Below are positions 19,493 to 30,333 of a DNA stretch of 64,000 bases, in pieces. The notes under the pieces are model-generated. The model saw only the letters and a program-made list of their open reading frames with translations, did no database searches and had not been told where the DNA came from. This DNA comes from Candidatus Latescibacterota bacterium (GTDB taxonomy: Bacteria; Latescibacterota; UBA2968; UBA8231). A program made the position numbers and the translations under genes. The stretch covers positions 1,568,001 to 1,632,000 of the forward strand of contig CBDCSU010000006.1 in NCBI GenBank assembly GCA_965221775.1, in the 5' to 3' direction. Every line of letters starts with the position of its first letter. Position 1 is the first letter of the stretch.

Positions 19493-21364
19493 TCAGGAGC
19501 TCGCACCGCCGGACTGCACCTGGCTCACGTCGCGCACCGCACCCTGGGCGGCGCTGGTCGTCAGGGCCGCGTAGGCCTGCAGAGCCGCCGAGACCCGCCG
19601 CCGCCGCTTGAGGGGCTGCCAGGCGGCCTCACCCAGTCCTTCCATCCGCTGCCGCCGCTCCTCCAGCTCCTCGTCGGAGACCAGCGCGTCGATGCGGCGG
19701 TTCGGGGTGTCGATGCGGATGACGTCGCCCTCCTCCAGCAGTCCGATGGCGCCGCCCTCGGCCGCCTCGGGCGAGACGTGGCCGATGGAGAGGCCGCTGG
19801 TGCCGCCGGAGAACCGGCCGTCGGTGAGCAGGGCGCAGCGGGCGCCGAGCTGCTTGGCCTTGATGTAGGAGGTCGGGTAGAGCATCTCCTGCATGCCGGG
19901 TCCGCCCTTGGGCCCCTCGTAGCGGATGACGACCACGTCGCCGGCCTGGATGCGGTCGCCGAGGATCGCCTCGCAGGCGGCCTCCTGGGACTCGAAGATG
20001 CGGGCCGGCCCCTCGAAGGTCAGGATCGACTCGTCGACGCCGGCGGTCTTGAGGATGCAGCCGTCCCCGGAGAGGTTGCCGAAGAGGACGGCGAGGCCGC
20101 CGTCCCGCGAGTAGGCGTGCTCGGCCGAGCGGATGCAGCCGTCGCGGTCGTCGAGGTCCGGCGCCTCGTGGTAGTTGGCCTGGGAGAAGGCCTCCTTGGT
20201 GCGCACCCCGCCCGGGGCGGCCAGGGCCCGCTGGCTCGCGGCCTCGGAGGGGCTGCCGCCGCGCAGATCCTCGGCGGCGATCAGGTCGCCCATGGTGCCG
20301 CCGGCGACGGTGCGCGCCCGGGCGTGGACGAGGCCGGCCCGCTGCAGCTCCCCCATGATGGTGGGGATGCCGCCGGCGCGGGCCACGTCCTCCACGTGGA
20401 ACTCCTGCGACGCCGGCGCCACCTTGCAGATGCAGGGCACCTGGCGCGACAGACGGTCGATGTCGGCCATGGTGAAGTCGACGCCGGCCTCGCGGGCCAT
20501 GGCCAGCAGGTGCAGGACAGTGTTGGTGGACCCGCCCATGGCGATGTCGAGGCTCATGGCGTTCTCGAAGGCCTCGAAGGTGGCGATCGAGCGCGGCAGC
20601 ACCGAGCTGTCCTTGCCGCGGTAGTAGGCCTGGGCCATCTCGACGATGCGCTCGCCGGCCCGCTCGAAGAGGGACCAGCGCAGCGCGTGGGTGGCCAGGA
20701 CGGTGCCGTTGCCGGGCAGGGCCAGGCCGATCGCCTCGTTGAGGCAGTTCATCGAGTTGGCGGTGAACATGCCGGAGCAGGATCCGCAGGTGGGGCAGGC
20801 GGCGGCCTCCATCTTCTCCAGCTCCTCGTCGGAGACGCGGTCGTCGCCGGCGGCGACCATGGAGTCGACGAGGTCGAGCTTGGCCGGCCCGGTGGAGAGC
20901 TGCTCGCGGCCGGCCTCCATGGGTCCCCCGGAGACGAAGATCGTCGGCAGGTTGAGGCGCAGGGCGGCCAGCAGCATGCCGGGGGTGATCTTGTCGCAGT
21001 TGGAGATGCAGACGAGGGCGTCGGCCTTGTGGGCGTTGACCATGTACTCCACGGAGTCGGCGATCAGCTCGCGGCTGGGCAGGGAGTAGAGCATGCCGTC
21101 GTGGCCCATGGCGATGCCGTCGTCCACGGCGATGGTGTTGAACTCGACGCCGTAGCCGCCGGCCGCGTCGATGACCTGCTTGACGCGCTGGCCGATGGGG
21201 TGGAGGTGGACGTGGCCGGGGACGAACTGGGTGAAGCTGTTGGCGATGGCGACGACGGGTTTGAGGAAGTCCTCGGTCTTCATGCCGGTGGCGCGCCAGA
21301 GAGCGCGGGCGCCGGCCATGCGGCGGCCCTGGGTGGTGATGGAGGAGCGGTAGTCGGAGGGCAT
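19493..21364 (-). CDS. ilvD: Dihydroxy-acid dehydratase
   Basis: [70 protein letters not shown]. Confidence 0.97.
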   Translation of the reverse strand: MPSDYRSSITTQGRRMAGARALWRATGMKTEDFLKPVVAIANSFTQFVPGHVHLHPIGQRVKQVIDAAGGYGVEFNTIAVDDGIAMGHDGMLYSLPSRELIADSVEYMVNAHKADALVCISNCDKITPGMLLAALRLNLPTIFVSGGPMEAGREQLSTGPAKLDLVDSMVAAGDDRVSDEELEKMEAAACPTCGSCSGMFTANSMNCLNEAIGLALPGNGTVLATHALRWSLFERAGERIVEMAQAYYRGKDSSVLPRSIATFEAFENAMSLDIAMGGSTNTVLHLLAMAREAGVDFTMADIDRLSRQVPCICKVAPASQEFHVEDVARAGGIPTIMGELQRAGLVHARARTVAGGTMGDLIAAEDLRGGSPSEAASQRALAAPGGVRTKEAFSQANYHEAPDLDDRDGCIRSAEHAYSRDGGLAVLFGNLSGDGCILKTAGVDESILTFEGPARIFESQEAACEAILGDRIQAGDVVVIRYEGPKGGPGMQEMLYPTSYIKAKQLGARCALLTDGRFSGGTSGLSIGHVSPEAAEGGAIGLLEEGDVIRIDTPNRRIDALVSDEELEERRQRMEGLGEAAWQPLKRRRRVSAALQAYAALTTSAAQGAVRDVSQVQSGGASS

Positions 21365-21395
21365 TCTGGGGGTCCGGTTTGGGGGTGTGGATGGG

Positions 21396-21775
21396 GTTGG
21401 ATTGGATTGAAGATAGGGGTGGGTGGGGGGTTCTGGGAGGGGGCGGTGCCGGCGGCTCCGGCCGCGCCTCGGCGGCGCGCCGGGGCCTGGGGGGGTGGGG
21501 CTATCGACTTGGGGTGGTTCGGGGGGCTGGCGAGCCCCTCGCTGGGCTCGGGTCTCTGGGTCCTCTTGGATGCGTGGTGGTTGTTGACCCCGGCCCGGCG
21601 AAGTGCGCCGCTCGGCTCGGCCTGCGCCGCCGTCACCGCCTCACGGGGGGGACCTCACCCACACACTGTTTCTGGGCCGGGTGGCGCCTGGGGGTGGTTC
21701 TGAGCCGGGGGTGACTCCGGCGCCACTCGATCTGGTGGGGCGCTGGCCTGGTGGGGTGCTGTTGGTGGGGGATCC
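21396..21775 (+). repeat. Dispersed hairpin repeat copy B (modules 1+2, extended left leader)
   Basis: Same conserved blocks as copy A; leader GTTGGATTGGATT..AAGATA shared with copy E. Confidence 0.95.
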
Positions 21776-21982
21776 TTAGATGTCGACGATCTCTTCAGAC
21801 ACCGGAGGCGGTATGGGATCACCATGCGCAGCAAGGCTCTCCAGGTACAAGGTTATCGCCTCGCGGATGCCGCTCAGCGCCTCCTGACGTGTGGCACCCT
21901 GGCTGATGCAACCGGGGAGTGAGGGGACTTGGGCGACGAAGACCCCATCTTCATCGTGCTCGATCAAGACACGGTATCTCAT
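21776..21982 (-). CDS. hicB: HicB family antitoxin (orphan)
   Basis: MRYRVLIEHDEDGVFVAQVPSLPGCISQGATRQEALSGIREAITLYLE; no adjacent hicA. Confidence 0.88.
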   Translation of the reverse strand: MRYRVLIEHDEDGVFVAQVPSLPGCISQGATRQEALSGIREAITLYLESLAAHGDPIPPPVSEEIVDI

Positions 21983-22045
21983 CGGTGAGCTCCGGAAAGT
22001 GCGATGAAAGGCAGACGACAACTCGGGGCTGCTTCACGGCCAATC

Positions 22046-22190
22046 GGTGTGGGGAGGGTGTCTGCCCGGGGCAGTTCCGAGCGGCTCGGACTCGCCTCGG
22101 CGCCGCGTATGGGGGCCTAGGTGGTGGAGCTATCGGCGCCGGTGGTTCGAGGGGTCGGCGAGCCCCCCACTGCGCTCGGGTCTCTCGGCC
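22046..22190 (+). repeat. Degenerate 5' part of the dispersed repeat (copy C)
   Basis: gcggctcggactcgcctcggcgccgcgta..gtggtggagctatcg..ggtggttcg..ggcgagcccc..ctgcgctcgggtctct. Confidence 0.85.
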
Positions 22191-22419
22191 CGGTGCACCT
22201 ACAGACAGATATCACTTCAACACCCACCTGACCCAACCCTCATCGACAAGCGGCTCGAAGGGAGGTGCCACCGGTGTCCGGTCTCCCCAGAACCCGCTTC
22301 AATGTCAACCTGATCCGATGCTCCATCGGAAGGGGCCTTCCAATCCAGGCAGGACTTCACCCCGGGCGACCACGCTCAAGACCACTCATCGATGCGCCCC
22401 TCCACCCAACGGAGCCCCA

Positions 22420-23286
22420 CTACCTCTTGGCCATCTCAATCAACTTCCTGCGCAGTGACCCCAATCTTGCCAGACTGCAATGCCTGGCTAGCCTGAGCCT
22501 CAACGACTTCCTACTCACACTTCCACCTCCCGCGCGACCAATCTCAATCCCAACTGCCCTCAGCAGGAAGTCCTTCCCGGATACAGTGTCCATCGAATCC
22601 CCCACACTGGCCATGTGGCTCTCCACTTCCTGCTTCGCGCGCAAATAAGCACTCTCTTCCGTACTCGCCAGTACCTCCCTTCGAACCTCTGACTTCACCG
22701 CCTTCGCTTTGGTGGGATCGATCTCCGGAGCGCTACCCTTCTTGTGAGTCAAGACGCTTCCCAAACCCCTCGATACCGTCTTGACACTCGGACACAGGCG
22801 AAACGCAACTGCAAATTCCAGGAAGAGCGGAACGAGGTTATCCTCGAGACGCTTCCTAAATGCACTCCAGTCCAGCCTCTCTCTCGCTTCCTCCGGTGTC
22901 AACTCTCCACTATTCTCCACCATTACTTCTATTGTCGCTTTCTCACAGAACAAGTAGTTCTCTATACAATAGCATGCGTGGATGTAGAGATGTGGGTACG
23001 ATGGCACAGGCAAGCCCGCCACCCCATGCAGGTCTCCATCGACCACAAACAATGCAGGCCGGGAGTCAGTGTACTGTTGGGCTCTCTCCAAGACCTGCTG
23101 CCGGCCCCCCAAAGGGAATACCTTCTCTATCCTGAGACTGTCGCCCATCAACCGCTTCAACAGTTCACTGTAGAATACTTCACTCCCGACATCTTCCACA
23201 TAGACATCTATGTCCTGAAGCGACCGATAGAAAATCGCCTTGCTTGGGAGGGCTCTCTCGGGAAACCGTGGTAACTGAGGTTTCAT
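22420..23286 (-). CDS. DUF4435 TOPRIM-like nuclease (PARIS AriB-like)
   Basis: VYVED, FVVDGD, YCIENYL, VSGKDFL; translationally coupled to the upstream ATPase. Confidence 0.82.
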   Translation of the reverse strand: MKPQLPRFPERALPSKAIFYRSLQDIDVYVEDVGSEVFYSELLKRLMGDSLRIEKVFPLGGRQQVLERAQQYTDSRPALFVVDGDLHGVAGLPVPSYPHLYIHACYCIENYLFCEKATIEVMVENSGELTPEEARERLDWSAFRKRLEDNLVPLFLEFAVAFRLCPSVKTVSRGLGSVLTHKKGSAPEIDPTKAKAVKSEVRREVLASTEESAYLRAKQEVESHMASVGDSMDTVSGKDFLLRAVGIEIGRAGGGSVSRKSLRLRLARHCSLARLGSLRRKLIEMAKR

Positions 23287-24650
23287 TCTTGCTCCGCTTC
23301 AACACCCGTAACCGGAACACAGAATTCATCTCTGCCGCCAACGATCGCCGGAGCATGAGTAGCAAGTATGAGCTGTAGGCGGGGATTTGCTTTCTGAATT
23401 GCTCCCACAAACATGTCTTGCCAGTCCAAATGGAGGGATAGTTCTGGTTCGTCGACAACAAACACCCCATCGCCAGGCAATCTTCTGTCTAGCGCCAAAT
23501 GGGCAAGCATAATGAAGATTTGCCTCTCCCCCGATGACAGTGCAAGTAGAGATGCCTTCTCGCCATTGGGCATTCGTATGCTGACATCACCTTCACGCCC
23601 TACTTCTACGTCTTTCCCAGTCTGGGCAAAGAACTCGTTCACAAGCTTCACAAAGTCAGTCAAGGGCTTGTAGGTTGTCTCAGTCTGTTCCTGGTATTTG
23701 GTAGTTATATCGAACAGCCGATTGATGCGATCCATCTGCGATTGATTGACAAACCACGCAGTTAGTGCCTCGGATGCTTCTTTATCTAGCTCTTCACCCG
23801 TCCGCGCTCTCTTGGATACATCCCGGATCTTATTTATGATGCCTTCAATCGCACTGAAGAAACCTATCGACCGCTGCTCAAATTCCTCAGAAGCCACGTC
23901 CAATCCCAGGAGAGCTGCAGAAATCGCGTCCCGCTTCCTTCGGAAGTCTGCGAATTCAGCTTCCGAAGGTGGATCGAACGAAAACCCCCGCGTCGATTGT
24001 TCGACATAGGGAAAGGATTCCAAGAGCAGTTCCTTCCGGTACTTGTCATTTACACGCTCTTGTGCACCATGGAGCCGGGATACGTAGGTCTGGATTATCT
24101 CCGCCACCTCGGCTAGCCCTGGATCATATGTCTCCCCCTCGATATCCATACGCTCGCGGCGAAAACGCGATGCGAGTTCCCGTGAGGAGTGCCGTCTAAG
24201 TCTCTGTCTCCTGCGCTCCGGTGAAATGAACCGACGCTCTATGCCCAGAAACATAGGGCTTGAGATATCCCGAATTGTCAGGAAGACTTCGCTACGCGCT
24301 TCCTCCCGCCCGATAGCTTGTGGCTCCTGCTCGGACTCCATCTCTTCAATAGCAACATCGAGGATGCCATCAACCGCCGAGCACTCGAGTGTCACTCTTT
24401 CTTCTGACTTCGTTGCGCGAATACTGATTTCCCCGTGCTGACGACTTACTCCAGTTACTGTCGCGGACTCAAAGCCAATGGAGTATAGCGTTTCAAGAGA
24501 TGGCTGAAGCAGTCCCATTATCAATCGAAGAGCCGTTGTCTTCCCTGATCCGTTAAGCCCGTACAGAAAGGTCAATTCCGGATGGAACTCTATGTCCATG
24601 TCTAGGTGTGAAAAAACCCTTGTGGCGTGGAATGCTCTCAGGTGCTTCAT
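23283..24650 (-). CDS. ABC/AAA_15-AAA_21-type ATPase (PARIS AriA-like)
   Basis: GLNGSGKT, LSSGERQ, VVDEPELSLH, LATHAP; visibly lower GC than the flanks. Confidence 0.85.
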   Translation of the reverse strand: MKHLRAFHATRVFSHLDMDIEFHPELTFLYGLNGSGKTTALRLIMGLLQPSLETLYSIGFESATVTGVSRQHGEISIRATKSEERVTLECSAVDGILDVAIEEMESEQEPQAIGREEARSEVFLTIRDISSPMFLGIERRFISPERRRQRLRRHSSRELASRFRRERMDIEGETYDPGLAEVAEIIQTYVSRLHGAQERVNDKYRKELLLESFPYVEQSTRGFSFDPPSEAEFADFRRKRDAISAALLGLDVASEEFEQRSIGFFSAIEGIINKIRDVSKRARTGEELDKEASEALTAWFVNQSQMDRINRLFDITTKYQEQTETTYKPLTDFVKLVNEFFAQTGKDVEVGREGDVSIRMPNGEKASLLALSSGERQIFIMLAHLALDRRLPGDGVFVVDEPELSLHLDWQDMFVGAIQKANPRLQLILATHAPAIVGGRDEFCVPVTGVEAEQE

Positions 24651-24934
24651 CGCTTTGACCTCCTAGTGTAGCTCGCCCTGTCTTGCCGTGACCCGGCGCC
24701 TTCTGCTGGACACAGGCGGGATATCCCCTGGGGGGGAAGGCGCAGGATTGCCAATAGTAGGGTGTTTCGGGCCGGAGGCAACTCATCGGGGACAATCGCC
24801 CGAGTCAGAATCGGCCAAGGCGCGGCGGGCCTGCAGATGATCGATCCCCTGGGCCACCAGACCGTACTGACCCCCTTCGTGAGTTCCGCCCTGTGGATTT
24901 GTGTTGGACCATTGCCAGCCATACAATCCGCCCC

Positions 24935-25800
24935 ATGCTCACGGGCATCGCCTACATCGAGATGCGGACGCGCTTGTGGGAGGAGTGCCGGGAGGTCTAC
25001 GGCAAGCACCTCGGCCTCACCGAGCTTCAGAACACCACCGCCGTGCAGAACGAGAAGGGCGAGTGGGTGGATGCCGCCGCCGAGAGCGGAGACCGCGAAG
25101 CCGTCCTCCGGGTGGGCGACTCCTTCCTGGTTCTGCGCGAGGACGAGACGGCCCCCGTGCTGCTGTCCCCGGAGGGCGAGAGGACGGGGCAGGCTTACGG
25201 CTCGGTCGGACACTGGTCCTTCTACGTCGAGGGCAACCACCATGCCTTCTCCCACCTCGAGCGCTTCTTCGCGTCCAACAGGTTCCGCGCCACGAAGGAC
25301 GGGCCGATCGTGCAGCTGATGGACCATGCCTACATGCAGAGGAGCCTGCTGGAGTTCGTCGATCCGAACGGCTACCCCATCCAGATCTCCGAGATCGTGG
25401 ACCCGAGGCTGCACAACCAGGAGAGGCGGCGGGAGAAGCAGCGGATCGCCAACCTTTCCGCCGGGAGCCTCCTCAAGGGTTTCGATCACATGGCCATGGA
25501 GTGCCCTGACATCGCCCGGGGGAAGGAGATCTATGGGGACATGCTGGGGCTGTCCGTCATCGACCACTCCGACAGCGGCACGCACGAGGGGTACGTCTTC
25601 GCCGCCGGCATGTGCGACATCGAGCTGCGGGGGAGGAAAGAGGGCGGGAACGCCGATGGTCTCGGCCGCGGTGTCGTGGGCTCCTTCGGGCTCTGGACGG
25701 ACGACGTGGACGCCCTGGCCAGGGAGATCGCCCACGATACGCCGCCTGAGGAGCGCGACCTCGCCCTGGGCGTGCCTATCCGGTCCACCCTCGTCGCAGG
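24935..25800 (+). pseudogene. Two-domain VOC/glyoxalase family protein, apparently 3'-truncated or lacking its own stop
   Basis: FVDPNGYPIQISE, GFDHMAMEC..YGDMLGL. The frame runs on to 27052 over the next gene as Arg/Pro-rich shadow sequence. Candidate leaderless promoter TTGTGT-17-TACAAT. Confidence 0.55.
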
Positions 25801-25832
25801 AGACGGCTCCCGGAGGTCGCCCGGAGACCGTC

Positions 25833-27023
25833 ATGAAGATCGTCGACCTGAGGTGCGCCGTCATCGGCCGGCATCCCATCGTCCGCATCCTCACGGACGA
25901 GGGGATCGTCGGGACAGGGCAGGTGGAGTCCTCCAAGCCCTACCTGAAACCGCACGTCCTCTTCTATCGCGACCTCGTTCTGGGCATGGACCCGACCGAT
26001 GTCGAGCGGGTCATGCTCGGCATCCGGCGGCTCGGGGGTTTCAAGCCGTGGGGCAGTGCCGTCAGCGCCATCGAGATGGCGCTCTGGGACATCGCCGGCA
26101 AGGCCGCGGGGGTTCCGGTGTACAAGCTGCTGGGCGGCAAGATCCGCGACCGGGTGCGGGTCTACCTGACCGGCTCCCCGGTTCCGGTAAAGACCTCCCG
26201 GCCCGAGGAGTACGCCGCCGCCGTCCGCGCCGCGCGGGAGCTTCCGCAGGGGTTCACCATTCTCAAGATGGGCGTCTCCTTCCACAGCGGCATGCCCGCG
26301 CACGTCCCCGGCTTCTTCTACGGGGAGAGCTCGGGCGGCCGCTGGCACGCCAACCGGGGGCCGCTGACGGAGCGGGGGCTGAAGCACGTGATCGCCTGCG
26401 CCGAGGCGATGAAGGAGGAGCTGGGAGACGAGGTCGGTCTCGCCCTCGACTGTGGTCCGGGGATGACGGTGCCCGACTCGATACGGCTGGCCCGGGCCGT
26501 GGAGCCGCTCAACCTGATGTGGCTCGAGGACATGATCACCGGCGACTACGTCCCCTATGTGCTCGCCGACCTCTACCGGGAGGTGACGCGCAGCACCTCG
26601 ACGCCGATCCACACGGGGGAGCAGATCTACCTGCGGCAGCATTTCAAGGAGCTCTTCGAGAAGCAGGCGGTGAACGTCGTAGGCCCCGACCCGGCCGACG
26701 TGGGCGGGATCGCGGAGACGAAGTGGATCGCAGAGTACGCCGACCTCCACGGCATCCTGATGGCCCCCCACGGAGTGATCGACGGGCTCTTCGGACTGGC
26801 GGCCCACGTCCATCTCGCCGCCGCCCTGCCGCAGAACTACCTCGCCTTCGAGATGCCGGGCCGGTACGAGGAGTCCTGGCTCGACATGGTCTCCGGGCTG
26901 CCCGACCCGATCGTCGCCGACGGACACATCGAAGTGTGGGACTCCCCGGGACTGGGGGTGGAGTTCGTCGTCGAGGAGGCGAAGCGGCACCTGTCCGAAG
27001 AGGATGCCGGTTTCTTCGACTGA
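25833..27023 (+). CDS. Mandelate racemase/muconate lactonizing enzyme family protein
   Basis: MKIVDLRCAVIG, IEMALWDIAGK, LLGGKIRDRVRVY, ALDCG, WLED, TGEQ, PGLGVEF. Confidence 0.9.
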   Translation: MKIVDLRCAVIGRHPIVRILTDEGIVGTGQVESSKPYLKPHVLFYRDLVLGMDPTDVERVMLGIRRLGGFKPWGSAVSAIEMALWDIAGKAAGVPVYKLLGGKIRDRVRVYLTGSPVPVKTSRPEEYAAAVRAARELPQGFTILKMGVSFHSGMPAHVPGFFYGESSGGRWHANRGPLTERGLKHVIACAEAMKEELGDEVGLALDCGPGMTVPDSIRLARAVEPLNLMWLEDMITGDYVPYVLADLYREVTRSTSTPIHTGEQIYLRQHFKELFEKQAVNVVGPDPADVGGIAETKWIAEYADLHGILMAPHGVIDGLFGLAAHVHLAAALPQNYLAFEMPGRYEESWLDMVSGLPDPIVADGHIEVWDSPGLGVEFVVEEAKRHLSEEDAGFFD

Positions 27024-27048
27024 CAGCCCTGCGAAACGGAGATCGACC

Positions 27049-29970
27049 ATGAAGACGAAACTGGTGGCGATGGCGTTGTTGTGGGCCATGGCAGGTCCTG
27101 GGAACACCCCTGGGCAGGCCAACGACCCGTCAGTCGATCCGTCGAAGAAGATCATCCTCATGGGAGGGGGCCATCGACGTCCGGACACGCTGCTGCGGGA
27201 TCTGGAACGGATGGAGAAGCTGGGGGCCTTCGACGGTATCGCGGTCTATCCCCCGTACGCCCTACGCGGCGACCGCAAGGAGGTCATCGGCCGGCTCTTT
27301 CGGACGGAGCGGCACGACATCGAGGACTTCGGCCAGGCCATTGCCGACCTGCAGGCCGTGCGCGCCAAGGCGACGCGGTTCAAGCACAACTTCCTGCTGG
27401 CCTACCTGACCACCGGCGTCGCCGCCATCGATCCGCCCGACTGGTTCGACCCGGAGTTCGACGCCGTCGTGCACAACTGGAAGGTCGCCGCCGACTTCTG
27501 CAAACGCAGTGGTCTGATGGGGATCATGTTCGACGACGAGGTCTACTACGGCGCCGATCTGTGGACGTACCGGGGCATCGGGCTCAAGTACCACGATACG
27601 AAGAGCGCCAAGGAATACGCGGACCAGGCCTTCCTGCGCGGGGCCCAGATCATGCGCGCCGTGAACGAGGTCTTCCCCGACATCAAGATCCTCTCCCTCC
27701 ACGGTCCCGGCGAGGGGCATGGCGATCGACTGGGCGACCCCGACGCCACGTATGGACTGATGCGGGCCTTCTTCGATGGCCTGCTCTCGGAGTCCACGGG
27801 CCGGGCGCAAATCATCGACGGTTACGAGAGGGCCTACGGATTTCGCTCGGCGTCGGACTACGCCGGGGCGCGCCGCCTCATGAAAGAGGAGATGCGCGAC
27901 ATCAGCCGCGTACCGGCGCAGTTCGAGAGGCATTTCAGGGTCGCCTTCCCCTTCTACATCGGGGGCTACAGGCAGTACGGCTTTGACGGCGACTACGAGA
28001 ACCTCGACGGCCTGCTGAGGGGAGAGGCGGAAGGCTACTACTACACGCCCGAGGAGTTCGAGTATTCCCTCTACCAGGCGCTCCGGCACACCGACGAGTA
28101 CGTCTGGGTGTACACGGACGGCAAGTGCAAGTGGTGGGACCGGGAGGAAGACAGCATATACATCGCACAGGCCTACAGGGATGCCCTCGAGAGGGTCCGC
28201 GGGAGGGTCCCCCCGCTGCCGAAGGGCCGCAGGCTGGCCGCCTATGCCACGCCCCGGGAGGCCGGACCCGCCGCCGTTGTCGAGAGCGGTCCGATCAGTG
28301 AGTCGAAGAAGATCATCATGTTCGGCAGCGGGCGCCGGCATCCTCGTGGATTGCGGCAGGACGTGGGATGGATGGAAGAGATGGCCGCCTTCGACGGCGT
28401 GACCCTCTACCCGGTGCTGTACCGCGAAGACGGCACCAAGTCCGAGGCCGTGGGACGGCTCTTCCGCACGGAGCGGCTCCGAATCGAGGACCTGGCCATC
28501 GGTATCGCCGACATGCAGGCGGCTCAAGCCGGGGCGCGGCGGTTCAAGGACAACTTCCTCCTCACCTACCTCACCACGGGCCGGAGGAGCCTCGTGCCAC
28601 CCGACTGGTTCGACCCGGAGTTCGACGCGGTTGTCCACAACTGGAGAGTCGCCGCCGACTTTGTCAAACGGACGGACCTGGCCGGCATCCTGTTCTCCGA
28701 CTCGGCCTGGTACGGCACGAACCTGTGGACTTACACGGGTCTGAAGTACGAAGAGACAAGATCTGCCCGCGAGTACGCCGACCAGGCCTTCAAGCGCGGC
28801 GCCCAGATCATGCGCGCCATCAACGAGGTGCATCCCGGCCTTCACATCGCCTTCATCAACGGCCCCGCCGAGTCCCGCGGAGCCACGGACGACGGCGCCC
28901 ATTTCGCGCTGCTTCGGGCCTTCGTCGACGGCCTGCTCTCCGAGTGCAAGGGCAAGGCACGCATCACCGGCCTGATGGGCCTCGACTACCGCTCGCCCGT
29001 CTCCTTCGCCGCCGCCCGCCGCTTCGCCAGGCAGACTCTCCGCAGTCTCAGCCGCGTTCCGGGAGAGCAGTTCGACAAGCATTTCCGGGTGGCCTTTGCC
29101 CTGAGCCTCGGCCCCCAGATGCCCTTCGACTTCTCCTCGGAGAACACCGGCCGCAACTACTACACCCCGCAGGAGTTCGAGTATGCCCTTCACCAGGCCC
29201 TGCGGCACACCGACGAGTACGTGTGGGTCTACAACGATCGCTGTGACTGGTGGGACAAGGGAGCCCACGGGACGTTCATCCCCCGAGGCTATCGGGACGC
29301 CCTGCTCGCCGCCCGCCAGCTGCATCCCGATCCGCCGGCCTTGCGAAACCCCGACCCCCACATCGCCTTTGAGGCGGTAAGGGCAAGGACCGACCTCCGA
29401 CGCACCGACATCGCTTCCCTGCCGGATGGCGCGACGCCGACGCCGCACCCACTCGCCTTCGTGCCCCATGACGACGAGGCCACTTTCGGGGACCTGTGGT
29501 CGGATCACGAGCCGCTGATGGAGCTGTCCAGCCGATGGCGGTTCCGGGCCGACGACCGCAACCTCGGGCTGGAGAAGGGATGGTCCGCACCCGGGTTCGA
29601 CGACAGCGGCTGGTTCCTGATCGACTCGGGCCTGCCGTGGGACGAGCACGGTTACCGCGCCTACGACGGCTACGGCTGGTACCGCCAGAGACTGCGCGCG
29701 CCGGCCCTGCCCGCGGGCAGGAAGATCTACCTGGCCTTCGGCGCCGTCGCGCACGGGGCGGAGGTCTACGTCAACGGCCGCCTGGCGGGGCAGCACAACA
29801 TGGATGGCTGGGCGCACGCGGTCGGGGATCCGTGGAAGAAGCGATTCCTCATCGACGTCACGGGGCTTCTGGTGGAGGGGCGGGACAGCACGATCGCGGT
29901 TCGTGTCGTCGACTATGGGCCTTGGGGCGGGGGGATCTGGAAGCCTGTGAAGTTGATCGCCGAGAAGTGA
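27049..29970 (+). CDS. Secreted protein with two tandem homologous glycoside-hydrolase-like domains and a C-terminal GH2-type sugar-binding domain
   Basis: Signal-like N-terminus; duplicated SKKII..FDG...NFLLxYLTTG..PPDWFDPEFDAVVHNW...YYTPxEFEY..ALRHTDEYVWVY; C-terminal WRF.D..G...W, YDGYGWYR, LAFGAV..VYVNG, GGIWKPV. Confidence 0.7.
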   Translation: MKTKLVAMALLWAMAGPGNTPGQANDPSVDPSKKIILMGGGHRRPDTLLRDLERMEKLGAFDGIAVYPPYALRGDRKEVIGRLFRTERHDIEDFGQAIADLQAVRAKATRFKHNFLLAYLTTGVAAIDPPDWFDPEFDAVVHNWKVAADFCKRSGLMGIMFDDEVYYGADLWTYRGIGLKYHDTKSAKEYADQAFLRGAQIMRAVNEVFPDIKILSLHGPGEGHGDRLGDPDATYGLMRAFFDGLLSESTGRAQIIDGYERAYGFRSASDYAGARRLMKEEMRDISRVPAQFERHFRVAFPFYIGGYRQYGFDGDYENLDGLLRGEAEGYYYTPEEFEYSLYQALRHTDEYVWVYTDGKCKWWDREEDSIYIAQAYRDALERVRGRVPPLPKGRRLAAYATPREAGPAAVVESGPISESKKIIMFGSGRRHPRGLRQDVGWMEEMAAFDGVTLYPVLYREDGTKSEAVGRLFRTERLRIEDLAIGIADMQAAQAGARRFKDNFLLTYLTTGRRSLVPPDWFDPEFDAVVHNWRVAADFVKRTDLAGILFSDSAWYGTNLWTYTGLKYEETRSAREYADQAFKRGAQIMRAINEVHPGLHIAFINGPAESRGATDDGAHFALLRAFVDGLLSECKGKARITGLMGLDYRSPVSFAAARRFARQTLRSLSRVPGEQFDKHFRVAFALSLGPQMPFDFSSENTGRNYYTPQEFEYALHQALRHTDEYVWVYNDRCDWWDKGAHGTFIPRGYRDALLAARQLHPDPPALRNPDPHIAFEAVRARTDLRRTDIASLPDGATPTPHPLAFVPHDDEATFGDLWSDHEPLMELSSRWRFRADDRNLGLEKGWSAPGFDDSGWFLIDSGLPWDEHGYRAYDGYGWYRQRLRAPALPAGRKIYLAFGAVAHGAEVYVNGRLAGQHNMDGWAHAVGDPWKKRFLIDVTGLLVEGRDSTIAVRVVDYGPWGGGIWKPVKLIAEK

Positions 29971-30333
29971 GGGGGGCGGGGTGGGGTTCTGGCGGGGGCG
30001 GTGCCGGCGGCTCCGGCCGGGCCTCGGCGGCGCGTACGCCGGGCCTGGGTGGTGGAGCTATCGACTTGGGGGGGTTCGTGGGGATGGCGAGCCCCTCGCT
30101 GGGCTCGGGTCTCTGGGCCTCCTGGATGCGGGTGGTTGTTGACCCCGGCCCGGCGTAATGCGCCGCTCGGCTCGGCCTGCGCCGCCGTCACCGCCCATGG
30201 GGGGACCACCCATCCACACACTCTTCTGGGCCGTGTGGCGCCTGGGGGTGGTTCCGGGCCGGGGGTGGCTCCGGCGCCACTCGACTCGGTGGGGCGCCGG
30301 CCTGGTGGGGTGCTGTTGGTGGGGAAGCCCGGA
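29971..30333 (+). repeat. Dispersed hairpin repeat copy D (modules 1+2)
   Basis: Same conserved blocks; fills the whole gap between convergent genes. Confidence 0.95.
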
